Shown here in pieces: positions 43,180 to 52,514 of a DNA stretch of 55,980 nucleotides. Each line of letters starts with the position of its first letter. Position 1 is the first letter of the stretch. This DNA comes from a virus (lineage: Duplodnaviria; Caudoviricetes). The position numbers and the translations under genes are program-made. Under the pieces are notes generated by a model. That model was not told the origin of the DNA. It did no database searches and saw only the letters and a program-made list of their open reading frames with translations. The DNA lies in IMG/VR virus record IMGVR_UViG_3300030107_005819, positions 1 through 55,980 of that record, one strand, 5' to 3'.

Positions 43180-44286
43180 TTACACCTCTTCAATGTCATA
43201 AAATTCCGATGCATCCCCTTCCCGCTTATCAAATTTGAGGATAACTTCCTCATCCATAATTTTCAAGACTCGGCTTTTAAAAGTTTCATCGGCCATCTTT
43301 TCTTTCCATTTAGAAGGCTGAAACTTAACCTCGGTGCCGTCACCCATATCCATGGAATACCATGCTCCGGAAGATTTCAGATACTTCGAAGACTTGACTG
43401 CCTCGAACCAGCTTTCCTCATCCTGAATTCCAATGTCATCTCCCCAGAGGATCTTAAATGTACATTGGCGACCTTGGGTGCCGAAGCGGCTCTTTTTTAA
43501 AGTTGCCTTTACCTCTGAACCAACACGGAAACCGTGGTCGTCGGTAATAAAAGACGCCTTGGCTTTTCGGCCAGTAAGCCAAATACGAAGAGAGTAAGCA
43601 TAAATGAGCGCTTTGCCCCCTGGTGTCATATAAGGCTCAACAAGAGCCTGAGATGGACTCCGAGTAATATTGGTTTTCAACTGGTTAAGAACCAAGAACG
43701 TGGACTGACTGTTGGCGATGGGAACAGTCAATTTGCTCATGCCCTTAGCGAGAATTCGAGCCTTAACGGCCATTGATGAGAGGGGGTCAAAGTCCCCCTG
43801 AACGTCACTGATAGCTGGGGTCAAAGCCAAGCTATCCCAAATAAACAACATTTGACTATCGTTACTTCCTAGAAGATCCTCAATAGTCTCAAGGACAAAT
43901 TCCACAGATTGAGCCTGGACATATAAGAGTCGATCAACGTCACAACCTGCTCGCTCAAGAAATGTCGGGTCAATGGCTGATTCCGAATCAAAATACACCA
44001 CATCAATGCCCATTTGCTGGGCGTTGGCGGCGACCTGGGCTGCCATATAGCTTTTACCCGAGGATTCAAGTCCAGCAATTTCAACGACTTTTCCCACTGG
44101 AATGCCAGCTAACTGGCCGCGGCAGACAATAGAGTCGAGCCATCGAGATCCTGTGGGAATCCACTCTTTAACTTGAGTGGGGTTGTCTTCTTTTAGATTG
44201 TGAGCAACTGAAGCTCCGGCCTTTTTATTGATCATCCCTCTCATATCTGCAATCGAGAGACGACCTGCCTTTTGTTTTTTCGCCAT
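43180..44286 (-). CDS. recA: RecA/UvsX recombinase
   Basis: IPTGS..LD, GLESSGKS, FDSESA, IWDSLA, LNQLK, PGGKAL, KSRFG, SGAWY. Confidence 0.95.
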   Translation of the reverse strand: MAKKQKAGRLSIADMRGMINKKAGASVAHNLKEDNPTQVKEWIPTGSRWLDSIVCRGQLAGIPVGKVVEIAGLESSGKSYMAAQVAANAQQMGIDVVYFDSESAIDPTFLERAGCDVDRLLYVQAQSVEFVLETIEDLLGSNDSQMLFIWDSLALTPAISDVQGDFDPLSSMAVKARILAKGMSKLTVPIANSQSTFLVLNQLKTNITRSPSQALVEPYMTPGGKALIYAYSLRIWLTGRKAKASFITDDHGFRVGSEVKATLKKSRFGTQGRQCTFKILWGDDIGIQDEESWFEAVKSSKYLKSSGAWYSMDMGDGTEVKFQPSKWKEKMADETFKSRVLKIMDEEVILKFDKREGDASEFYDIEEV

Positions 44287-44294
44287 GTTATCCT

Positions 44295-44747
44295 CTACTC
44301 AGTATCGGTGGTTAGTGGTTGAATCTCCACCAACTCAACTTCAAAATTCAAATCTTTGCCTGAAAGAGGGTGGTTGTGATCCAGCAGCACTGTTTCATCT
44401 TCAACTTCGGCGATTGTCGCTCGGACCATCTCACCTGTGGGGGAAGTTCCCTGTACTTCGGTTCCTACCTCAAACTCAAAGTCTTCGGGGAAGGCGGCCT
44501 TGGGAACAGGAACGACCGCTTCGGCTACAGGATCTCCGTATGCTTCAGTAGAGGACAAGACAAACGTTTTCGTTTCTCCCACTTCCATTCCGACAATGTT
44601 GTCTTGAAATGCAGGGAGCATATTCTCAGTTCCCAATTCAAAGTCTAATGTTTCTCCTCTGTCGTGAGAACTATCAAAGATTGTTCCGTCTTCGAGAGTA
44701 CCCTTATAGTGAACCCTCACCGTATTTCCGTTTTCTGCTTTACTCAT
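44295..44747 (-). CDS. FKBP-type peptidyl-prolyl isomerase with insert-in-flap domain (SlyD/SlpA-like)
   Basis: VRVHYKGTLEDGTIFDSS, EAYGD, LDHNHPLSGKDLNFEVEL; no His-rich tail. Confidence 0.93.
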   Translation of the reverse strand: MSKAENGNTVRVHYKGTLEDGTIFDSSHDRGETLDFELGTENMLPAFQDNIVGMEVGETKTFVLSSTEAYGDPVAEAVVPVPKAAFPEDFEFEVGTEVQGTSPTGEMVRATIAEVEDETVLLDHNHPLSGKDLNFEVELVEIQPLTTDTE

Positions 44748-44777
44748 ATTGTTTCTCCATTGTTAGTAAGTAAATTT

Positions 44778-44812
44778 GAGGCACCTGATAACCCTGTGCC
44801 TCCCTGTGGGTT
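44778..44812 (-). other. Candidate H-type pseudoknot 3' of the SSB gene
   Basis: AACCC-ACAGG-GAGGCAC-A-GGGUU-AUCAG-GUGCCUC; perfect 5-bp and 7-bp interleaved stems. Confidence 0.65.
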
Positions 44813-44819
44813 GAATGGA

Positions 44820-45584
44820 CTAGTTGTCCATTAGGTCCCGGAAGGCGGATTCAACATCCGTTGTCCCACCCTTATCAGTATCGCCTGAGCCATACTTCTG
44901 AGTTTCGTTGGAACGGCTTTCCGCCGATTGGTTCCCCGAAAGGAACTCATCAAGAATCTGGGCGACTTGCTCTGGTGTCTTTCGCTCAAAAAGAGTAGAG
45001 ACATCCGGAACACTTTCGAGCAGTTCTCGACATCGGTCGGGACCATCCTCACACAGGGGTGAGGAACGTCGACGAGGTGTAATGGTTGTTTGAGGGAATT
45101 GAGCACCCGCTGGTTTACCATACTTAATTACAAGATCGGTTCCAGTCTCGGCATCCGTGATATCTCCATATTCTGGATTTAGCACGAGATTAAGCAATTC
45201 TTCATAGGCCATTTTGCCATAGCCCCACATACGAACTCCGAGATGCTCTTCACCTCGAACCAGTACTGGTGAGAAGAATCGTTGGCGAGGAAGTAGGCTC
45301 TTGGCCATCTTTACGCTTTCCTCAGTTCCTTCGTCAAAAAGTTCACGAATGAAATCCTGAAGGGCGTCATCTTCTCCAAAGTTCTTCTTTGGGCTCAAAA
45401 ACGGGGGAGTGTTCCCCACATTATAATGAAACCAAAAATCCCGGAACGGGTCGCCATCTTCAGTAGGAACAATTCGAATAACTGTTTCTCCATCCTTTGG
45501 CTTCCAGAACACTTGGGAGTTTTTGTTTCCCTTATTTTGCAAGTCCGTTAAACGTTGCTTAATTCTGTCGATATTAATACTCAT
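44820..45584 (-). CDS. Single-stranded DNA-binding protein (T4 gp32-like)
   Basis: FWKPKDGETVIRIVP, FWFHY, PRQRFFSPVLVRGEE, YGDITD..TGTDL, acidic C-terminus; located beside recA. Confidence 0.8.
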   Translation of the reverse strand: MSINIDRIKQRLTDLQNKGNKNSQVFWKPKDGETVIRIVPTEDGDPFRDFWFHYNVGNTPPFLSPKKNFGEDDALQDFIRELFDEGTEESVKMAKSLLPRQRFFSPVLVRGEEHLGVRMWGYGKMAYEELLNLVLNPEYGDITDAETGTDLVIKYGKPAGAQFPQTTITPRRRSSPLCEDGPDRCRELLESVPDVSTLFERKTPEQVAQILDEFLSGNQSAESRSNETQKYGSGDTDKGGTTDVESAFRDLMDN

Positions 45585-45609
45585 GTAATTCTCCTTTTTT
45601 AGTTATAGT

Positions 45610-45638
45610 CAGGACGATTCCTATTCGCCCTGCTGAAT
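45610..45638 (-). promoter_or_regulatory. Structured 5' leader of the SSB gene
   Basis: CAGGGCGA/UCGUCCUG 8-bp stem, loop AUAGGAA, then an A-rich tract to the SD. Confidence 0.5.
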
Positions 45639-45651
45639 GAATATATAATGT

Positions 45652-45680
45652 ACTTTATCAAATATTATTTCTTTTGTCAA
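45652..45680 (-). promoter_or_regulatory. sigma70-type promoter for SSB
   Basis: TTGACA-17-TAAAGT with TGn extension. Confidence 0.75.
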
Positions 45681-46549
45681 GAACTTTCTTCAGGAACTGA
45701 ATCATTTGTTTTATGACGTTGAATAACTGGTGTTGAACACATCACATAGACATAATCGTCTTCGTAATGTGTTGAAAATACGCCATAACTTGTCTTGGTT
45801 TCCTCAGTCAATGAAGTTTTTACCTGTTCTTTAATGTGTGAAAAAAGTGTGCCGTCGCTTTCCAGACGGTCTTTATTAATAGCATAATAATACCTTATAT
45901 CCGTGGTTTTGTAAAGAGGAAAAAACAATTTATAACTTGAGCCCCCCATGTCACTTATGCCAAGAGTGGAGATTCGATGAGTCATGTAAGGGTCTGAAAA
46001 CGTATCCGTCACCGACTCAATGTGGTTATACACGGTCAGCATATGGAAAGTGGACACAATAAGGTCATTAAGTTTCTGGTGGTATCCAATGAGGGGAACG
46101 TTCCCGATTATCTTCTCGACGCTGGTGTTGTCCACGAGCCACAGTCTCTTAAACATCGCTGAACGAGCATACTCTTGAAAAATATTAAAGACTGCCCACT
46201 CTTGTCGCCGCTTTTGTTCGGGCAACAAGTTTACATCGGGCCGAACATACATCACGTTAATTTCTCGGCCCTTCAGGTGCTGTAAGATCGCCAAAGAAGC
46301 TCCGGATATATCTCCACTGCCCCCAACCACAAACAAGACCTCTCGGGGGCAATTCTTAAAGAAATTCGTCATGTTAGGGCATTCGGCCTCATAGCTCTCG
46401 GGGCTATCCTGGCGTGGCATATCATAAATTCCATTTTTCTTGAGGCCCTTAAGCCCCGTATCGATCTTATAAATCTTATACTGCTCATGTTGGCTAAACT
46501 TGTCGGCGATATTACAGCCCGCCTTTCCCAGGCCAATGATGGCATCCAT
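45677..46549 (-). CDS. Divergent tubulin/FtsZ-family protein (PhuZ/TubZ-like)
   Basis: IIGLGKAGCNIA, YKIDT, VVGGSGDISGAS (degenerate signature), LWLVDN, KLNDLIV. Confidence 0.7.
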   Translation of the reverse strand: MDAIIGLGKAGCNIADKFSQHEQYKIYKIDTGLKGLKKNGIYDMPRQDSPESYEAECPNMTNFFKNCPREVLFVVGGSGDISGASLAILQHLKGREINVMYVRPDVNLLPEQKRRQEWAVFNIFQEYARSAMFKRLWLVDNTSVEKIIGNVPLIGYHQKLNDLIVSTFHMLTVYNHIESVTDTFSDPYMTHRISTLGISDMGGSSYKLFFPLYKTTDIRYYYAINKDRLESDGTLFSHIKEQVKTSLTEETKTSYGVFSTHYEDDYVYVMCSTPVIQRHKTNDSVPEESS

Positions 46550-46585
46550 TTTATTTATCCACCGCTACTAACTTATTATATACTT

Positions 46586-47773
46586 TCATATTTTTAACTC
46601 CTGAAGTTGCCCATAGTTCTTTCCTGCCGAGAGGTTGGTTTTAAAAACTCCCAAATCCGTCTCTGAGAATGTCTTCTTAATTTGAGGAACAAGATGTTTG
46701 TCCTCTTCGTGTAAGTCGATTACCAAGCTATCATGAACACAAAAAGCGATGTGAGATTTGCTGCTCTCCAATATTTTATTTACTTCAATCATTCTTCTCA
46801 AAAATAAATCACTTGTAGTGCTCTGAATTATATAATTGAGAGCGTGGTGTTCATCAGAAGGTATTATTTTACCATAAAATGTCTCCACTTGTTCACCATT
46901 CCAGTACTTTTTTAGCAACTTTTTCTTGTCGTAAAAATTATCGGCGGCGCTTTTAGCAGTTGGGTTATAGAGCCAAGCAAAGATCGCTGTTTTAGCCTCG
47001 TTTCGTGTAGTTCCAGCCCCAAAAACGTTCTCCACATTCCAGTCATGGATGTCTTCCTCTGGCTGCTCTAAATCGGAAAGAGCAAGCAGGGTCCGGATCT
47101 CGGCAGAATTAAAGTCCAGTTCTAAAAACCAATCATTAGTGGGTTCAACAATCTGACGATACTCTTTCGGCATAGTTAAAATAGGAAAGCTGAACTTCTT
47201 TGTCGTCAGTCTCCCTGTCTTGGTTCCAAAGATATTATAGTCAATATAAGGTCGCCCGCTTCGTAACTTCTCGTGCCAGTTCTTGTGCTGAAGCTGGAAG
47301 ACTCTATTACGAAAATTAGAAAAGTTCAACTGAAGTGACCTTACTTTGATATCTGAAATGATCTCCTGAAGGTTCATCAAGAAATCGTAATTGGCGGGCC
47401 TCTCATAAGTTTCAAAAACGTGGGTGGTTATCTTATCCTTAATCTCACAAAAATCCTTTATAAAGTTTTCTGGAACAAGGTCGTAGAAACAGTTCTCGTT
47501 AAGATCAATTCGAGCCTCCGTAAGGGCTCGATAAAAGGCTTTCAATTTATTAAGTGCTGGCTCCCACTCATCTCTCAGAGGGTCGGGACACACTTCTTCG
47601 AGAGTCTTTCCGCCACAATAGAGGCTGGCATACTCGATATCCAGGTCCCTCAGAAAATTAGCATAACCCCACGTCCGGTGGAGGCCGTCTAAGCAAAGCT
47701 TGTCATACCGAAGATCACCGCCGACGTATACACCGACACACTGGTCCTTAATGTCTAAAACTTGAAACTGCAA
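46586..47773 (-). CDS. Compact family A DNA polymerase-like protein
   Basis: GTKTGRL, motif A LDFNSAEIR, DIH, motif B RNEAKTAIFAWLY, ALNYIIQST, motif C VHDS. Confidence 0.85.
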   Translation of the reverse strand: MQFQVLDIKDQCVGVYVGGDLRYDKLCLDGLHRTWGYANFLRDLDIEYASLYCGGKTLEEVCPDPLRDEWEPALNKLKAFYRALTEARIDLNENCFYDLVPENFIKDFCEIKDKITTHVFETYERPANYDFLMNLQEIISDIKVRSLQLNFSNFRNRVFQLQHKNWHEKLRSGRPYIDYNIFGTKTGRLTTKKFSFPILTMPKEYRQIVEPTNDWFLELDFNSAEIRTLLALSDLEQPEEDIHDWNVENVFGAGTTRNEAKTAIFAWLYNPTAKSAADNFYDKKKLLKKYWNGEQVETFYGKIIPSDEHHALNYIIQSTTSDLFLRRMIEVNKILESSKSHIAFCVHDSLVIDLHEEDKHLVPQIKKTFSETDLGVFKTNLSAGKNYGQLQELKI

Positions 47774-47782
47774 CTCGAACCT

Positions 47783-49360
47783 TTAGTAACTCGCGCCTGA
47801 GTCTCCACCGCCGGATGGGCCTGGGGCTGTAGTTGTTGTATTTTGAATAACGGTGACATTGGATGGAAAGAGGTTATGGGCGGCTATTTTTTGCTGTTCT
47901 GTCTCACAAAACGTATAAGTCTGACAGTCTTTAGAGTTCGCCGTTGCTCCTTTAATTTTTTTAAAGTAGCTGTTAATGAATTCCAGGGTTTTTGAATAAC
48001 CCTTAACATCATAATACTTATCCACGGTATTGTCAAGTCTTTTTTGGCGGCGGGGCGAAATATTTGTATTATTTTCATAATAAAGAAAGTCTTTATATAA
48101 TTTAATCCACTCCTTTTCTATCGTGGCTTCTTTAAAATAATCCAGAGCCATGTCCCGGTTTAGGTGAGGAACTTGTATATCGGTGGTCGGAGATGTGGGG
48201 GGCAAAAAACTAGGAGACTCTGTTCCTATGAATTGTCGGTTATGAAAGATTTTTTTATAAATGGCGGAGGCTGGGCATCGGACTTCCTCGATAGCAGCTG
48301 GCTCGTTATATACCAACAAATTCCACATCTTAGCGATGCTCAACTTTAGTGTTTCAATATCGGTTAGGTAACTTTTTTCATAATAGGGAGCGGCTCTTCT
48401 CCATATTTGAGTGAAAACCGGGCCTTCTTTCCAACGATTGTGTTGTTCTTGGGAGTCAAATATCTTCGATATCTTTCCTTCCCTCCAAGCTGTCCAGTCG
48501 GGGTCCACTACTTGGGTTGGGACCTCATTTCTCTTCCCAAACAGATTGGTGGCGGTCCCCGGCGAGTAGTTAAGGCCATAATTGGGAACTCCCAAGGGAT
48601 GGCCTGTATCGCTAAAGAACTGAGCCTCTGGGCTCATAAAGTATCGTTGCATGGCAATCGAAGATATGTTAGCGACAATTCGCCATGGCATATGCTTAAC
48701 CACATAAAACCCATGTTTACGAGCCGCCGATTGAAAGAAAGGAAAGGTGCTGTCCTCCACACAGGCCCTTCTCTTAGCCTCATTATTGGCGTCAACCGTA
48801 TACAAATCAATCATAAGTCCTGTGGAAAGAGGGTTGAAAAAGCGAGATTTAATATACATCGTTCGGGTGAGTGGCAAATCAGCGGCATAGTCCCTTATAA
48901 ACAGTTTAAGCTCCCCTATAAAATCATGAATAGTTTTAATTTTATTGGTCTTTTTAAGGGTGTCCAAATATTCTTTAAAAATGTTGAAATACTGATCCAG
49001 GTGACTATCAAAATTTGTTTCCATGCTGGTGTAAGCAGCTTGAGGATTCAACGTAGAATAAAGCCCTGTAGGGGATAAATGTCCTGTGGCATTTGCTTTT
49101 TGAATGTGATTTCTTAAAGCTGTAAAGGCATCTGAAACAAAATTTATGCAATATAAGCTCGCTTTGTCGTCGATATCTAATTTTTTAAGTTTTTGCCCTA
49201 TGTTAGAATTGGTTATAAAAACACTATCTTGATTCTGGTCGACTCGGCCATAAAGGGACCGATCATGCCACATGTCCAGTGCCGATGTGCCAACCTGTTG
49301 AAAGGAGGAATTAAAGGCAGCCTTGGCATAAAACATGGCGTATGGGTCAGAAGGGCTCAT
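47783..49360 (-). CDS. Hypothetical protein, probably virion/baseplate associated
   Basis: 525 aa, last gene of the tail cluster; call is positional only. Confidence 0.55.
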   Translation of the reverse strand: MSPSDPYAMFYAKAAFNSSFQQVGTSALDMWHDRSLYGRVDQNQDSVFITNSNIGQKLKKLDIDDKASLYCINFVSDAFTALRNHIQKANATGHLSPTGLYSTLNPQAAYTSMETNFDSHLDQYFNIFKEYLDTLKKTNKIKTIHDFIGELKLFIRDYAADLPLTRTMYIKSRFFNPLSTGLMIDLYTVDANNEAKRRACVEDSTFPFFQSAARKHGFYVVKHMPWRIVANISSIAMQRYFMSPEAQFFSDTGHPLGVPNYGLNYSPGTATNLFGKRNEVPTQVVDPDWTAWREGKISKIFDSQEQHNRWKEGPVFTQIWRRAAPYYEKSYLTDIETLKLSIAKMWNLLVYNEPAAIEEVRCPASAIYKKIFHNRQFIGTESPSFLPPTSPTTDIQVPHLNRDMALDYFKEATIEKEWIKLYKDFLYYENNTNISPRRQKRLDNTVDKYYDVKGYSKTLEFINSYFKKIKGATANSKDCQTYTFCETEQQKIAAHNLFPSNVTVIQNTTTTAPGPSGGGDSGASY

Positions 49361-49402
49361 CTTATCTAAATATCTTCATATATTATTTTTAATGTTTCGT
49401 TT

Positions 49403-52400
49403 TTAAGGAGATGGTGGAATGGAAGAGCCGCCGGTCTCGACAATGGCCTTGATCCCAGCTGCAGCGCCGGTTCCGGAGGCCGCTCGGCGTTGTTGTAGTT
49501 GTTCCAAACTAGTGCCAAAACTGTTCCAAAAGCATGTGGCCGAGGTTTTCCATCTTAATCGAGCACCTTCAGCCGACAAAGAATGGCGAGCTTTGGTGAC
49601 CAAATAGTATCCCCCAAAGCCCAACAAGACACTGGCGTGTTCTGGGCTGTATACTAGTTCGCCTAGATCAGAAGCCCCGTTAGCATACTGAAAAAAATTA
49701 TTAACATCTCCAAAATGGGGATCGGAGATGTATATAAACTTTCCTGGTTTTATCATCATATTCCCCACGGTGGTAAAATCACAATTGTATACCTCACTAA
49801 GCTGAGTGGCTCGGTTTAATAACCCCTTCTCCGCTCTCGCTTCCATCAAATAAGGCTGGTCCGACCGATTAAAAGAAATGTTTAATACAGGGCTTCCCTC
49901 TTCTTTTAAGTTTAAGTATTGAATTCCTTTTTTTATGTCCTTGGCTCGGTTATTAGAGAAGAGGGAGGTTTGGTCGTTTTTTTGGAGTCCCAAAAACAAA
50001 ACGTCTTGATGACCATAAGATGTAACCTTATTGCCGGTGGCCCCAGCCATATAGGCCTGATCCATCGAATCAGTGATTTGTCGAATCTCATCCCTCGGAC
50101 TCAAGCTATTATTAATATGATACCCCACTTGTACTTTTGCTCGGGATGTTTTAGAAAGAGAAACAACTTCATAATGAGGGGAATAAGTTTCTGGTTTACC
50201 AATGGTGGCATCTCGGGGGGTGGCGTTTAAGGGGTTCAACACCAGTTGAACGTAAGCGTCTCGAATGAAGGACCGAAGGAAATATTGGTCTCGCTGAGGT
50301 GCTACAACATTCTTATTCCAAAAAGTTATAATACTTCGAAGGGGAATGGGGAAACGAGCCAGATTAAACAGTCGTTCTTTGCCTGATGTGTCCGTGTATC
50401 GATAATTCCCCATCACAACAATACACTTATCTGTGGAATCAGTTTTGTCTTTGCGGGACCACAAGTTTAGTCTCATTTCACTATTAAGCTTAAGGTGGGC
50501 ATTTTTCGTAATATCTATAGCCGTATCCACAAGGTCTCCAAAATAGACCCATCTCAAATCGACTAGTCCACCGGGGTCGCTATCATTTACTTTAGGGTTC
50601 GCTTGGGCGAAGCCGGGTAGTTTGGAGCGATCTTGAGTCTGAGATTGTCGAATTTGGTCCTGGAGGTGTGTGTAATACTTATCTAATTCTGAATTTAGAC
50701 TGCCCTCAAGGGAACCGGCCCGTGTAAACTGGGTGCCTGAAGCTAGGTCGTCCAAGAAACTTTTTAAAATGTTAACTCGGGGTCGTGTATAAGAGTCAGC
50801 CACATCTTGAGGATTTTCCCCTTCGGTGGCGCGTTTTCGTATTTGTCTGGACTCTTCGGGAGTGGGACTTATATCGCCCACCTTCTTGTTAAATTGCCTC
50901 AACACAGAACGAGATACTGATGTTCGATAAACCTTAATAGGGGCTGATTTATGAAGGGCGGTGTCATACAGTCTAGCTGGGCTCAAGAGATCCCTGATGA
51001 GTCGACTGTATGCCCTCTCTCGTATTTGGTGGTCTGCCATCCCATTTCTTATTTTATATCCAGCTACTCCGGCTCGATACACGTAATACTCGTAAACCAC
51101 CCTTATGTTGTCATCAGTAAAACCAGGGTTGTGTCGGTTCTGTCCACTCGCCAAATTTGCCCATTGAACGGGCTGTGCCATCATCAGGTTTTGTATCTTA
51201 ACTTTGCTGTCGGGAGTGTCGCCATAAAAGCCAAGACTTCCCAATCGAACTGGGTCCATCAGTGCGATATAATTTTCGTTTCTGGGCTTTGGGGCTTTTT
51301 GTAATATGGCTTTCCATGTGGGGGCTCCGGTTGCCATATCTCTCACATGGAGACGGTAGAACCATAAATCACCTTGTCCAAATGTGGTATCAAAAAGCTC
51401 CCAAAAGTCTACCGTATCTAAGAGGTCTGCCAACTTGGGGTTATTATATTGATCATTAAGGTTTTTCCGAGCAAGATTAAACAGGGTGGTTTCATCTGAT
51501 TTTTCCAAAGCTTTTGTTTGAGCGGCGGTGTTGCCAGCCAGAAGTATGTCAGCTCCGGAAGAGTCCAAAGAGTTTTCTACAGCAGCGTTGAACGTTAATT
51601 CCATGTCAAAGCCTCCCGAGGGCACATCCAATGCTGGAGTTACCACATGTCTCTGTAAAGTGAGATAAAATGAAACTTTGGCTTTGTCAATCTCGTCCGC
51701 CAATGAGTTTTTATACGCTGTGGCCCGTGCTGAGGGAAGTGCTCCGGCCTTTACCATCCCTTGCACAGCCTGAGTTAAAGTCTCATCGTCGGGCGTCAAA
51801 TACCCGACATCGGCTCGAATCCGAAAATACCCAGGATTAAAAACGCGAGCGATCTGGTCCGGGCCACCTTTTAAATATTCTTTAGGGCGCTTTATTAAAT
51901 CTAAAAAAGAATATTTATGTTTTTTAGATTCGTTGCCAACTTTATATTTGGTAGTATATTGATGAAAGAGGGCTTTAACGCTGGAAAAATAGAGTTTTAA
52001 TTTACAATCAATAAATGTCTCAACTTCTCCAGGGTGGTTCCCCAAATAATCAAAATCAAAGCTCTTGAGGCCCACCGCTAGTTCTCCGGGGGCATAACCC
52101 TGGTGCTGGCTAGTGTCCCACCTGGATGATTTGAAATTATTAAACGGCATCTGAGCTAAAAATTCAGTGGCGGGCCTCTTGTCTGTCTCGTCATCATTGT
52201 AAAACACTTTATAAATTCGAACATAGGGATTCAGAGAAGTTAAAACTTCTTTTGGCAATCTTTCCATTAAACTAAATCTTTTAAAGTGGTTTCCTTTTTT
52301 ATAACTCTGTAAATCGGCTAAAAAAGTAATATTTTCCTGTACTTTAGGTACTCCTCCTCCTACTCCAGTGTATGGACTTAACATGGTCACGCTCTCGTAG

Positions 52401-52510
52401 CCCTCATACAAATACTTGCCCTTCAGTCCTTGAAAGTAGGGGAGTAATCTTATCATGAAATCTTGTTCGTCAAACGAATCTAACTCATTTCTTTTCCTTA
52501 GTTTACTCAT
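49403..52510 (-). CDS. Large tail/baseplate hub-like protein
   Basis: 1035 aa; C-terminal YNCDFTTVGNMMIKPG.FIYI...GGYYLVTKARHSL resembles hub (gp27/GpD-like) C-termini. Confidence 0.55.
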   Translation of the reverse strand: MSKLRKRNELDSFDEQDFMIRLLPYFQGLKGKYLYEGYESVTMLSPYTGVGGGVPKVQENITFLADLQSYKKGNHFKRFSLMERLPKEVLTSLNPYVRIYKVFYNDDETDKRPATEFLAQMPFNNFKSSRWDTSQHQGYAPGELAVGLKSFDFDYLGNHPGEVETFIDCKLKLYFSSVKALFHQYTTKYKVGNESKKHKYSFLDLIKRPKEYLKGGPDQIARVFNPGYFRIRADVGYLTPDDETLTQAVQGMVKAGALPSARATAYKNSLADEIDKAKVSFYLTLQRHVVTPALDVPSGGFDMELTFNAAVENSLDSSGADILLAGNTAAQTKALEKSDETTLFNLARKNLNDQYNNPKLADLLDTVDFWELFDTTFGQGDLWFYRLHVRDMATGAPTWKAILQKAPKPRNENYIALMDPVRLGSLGFYGDTPDSKVKIQNLMMAQPVQWANLASGQNRHNPGFTDDNIRVVYEYYVYRAGVAGYKIRNGMADHQIRERAYSRLIRDLLSPARLYDTALHKSAPIKVYRTSVSRSVLRQFNKKVGDISPTPEESRQIRKRATEGENPQDVADSYTRPRVNILKSFLDDLASGTQFTRAGSLEGSLNSELDKYYTHLQDQIRQSQTQDRSKLPGFAQANPKVNDSDPGGLVDLRWVYFGDLVDTAIDITKNAHLKLNSEMRLNLWSRKDKTDSTDKCIVVMGNYRYTDTSGKERLFNLARFPIPLRSIITFWNKNVVAPQRDQYFLRSFIRDAYVQLVLNPLNATPRDATIGKPETYSPHYEVVSLSKTSRAKVQVGYHINNSLSPRDEIRQITDSMDQAYMAGATGNKVTSYGHQDVLFLGLQKNDQTSLFSNNRAKDIKKGIQYLNLKEEGSPVLNISFNRSDQPYLMEARAEKGLLNRATQLSEVYNCDFTTVGNMMIKPGKFIYISDPHFGDVNNFFQYANGASDLGELVYSPEHASVLLGFGGYYLVTKARHSLSAEGARLRWKTSATCFWNSFGTSLEQLQQRRAASGTGAAAGIKAIVETGGSSIPPSP

Positions 52511-52514
52511 GTGG

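Noticed and set aside
29014-44286. Inteins or introns in dnaE, nrdJ, helicase or recA, and the HNH gene as an intron-encoded homing endonuclease
   Set aside because: The ORFs are uninterrupted and of ordinary length; the HNH gene is free-standing and McrA-like.
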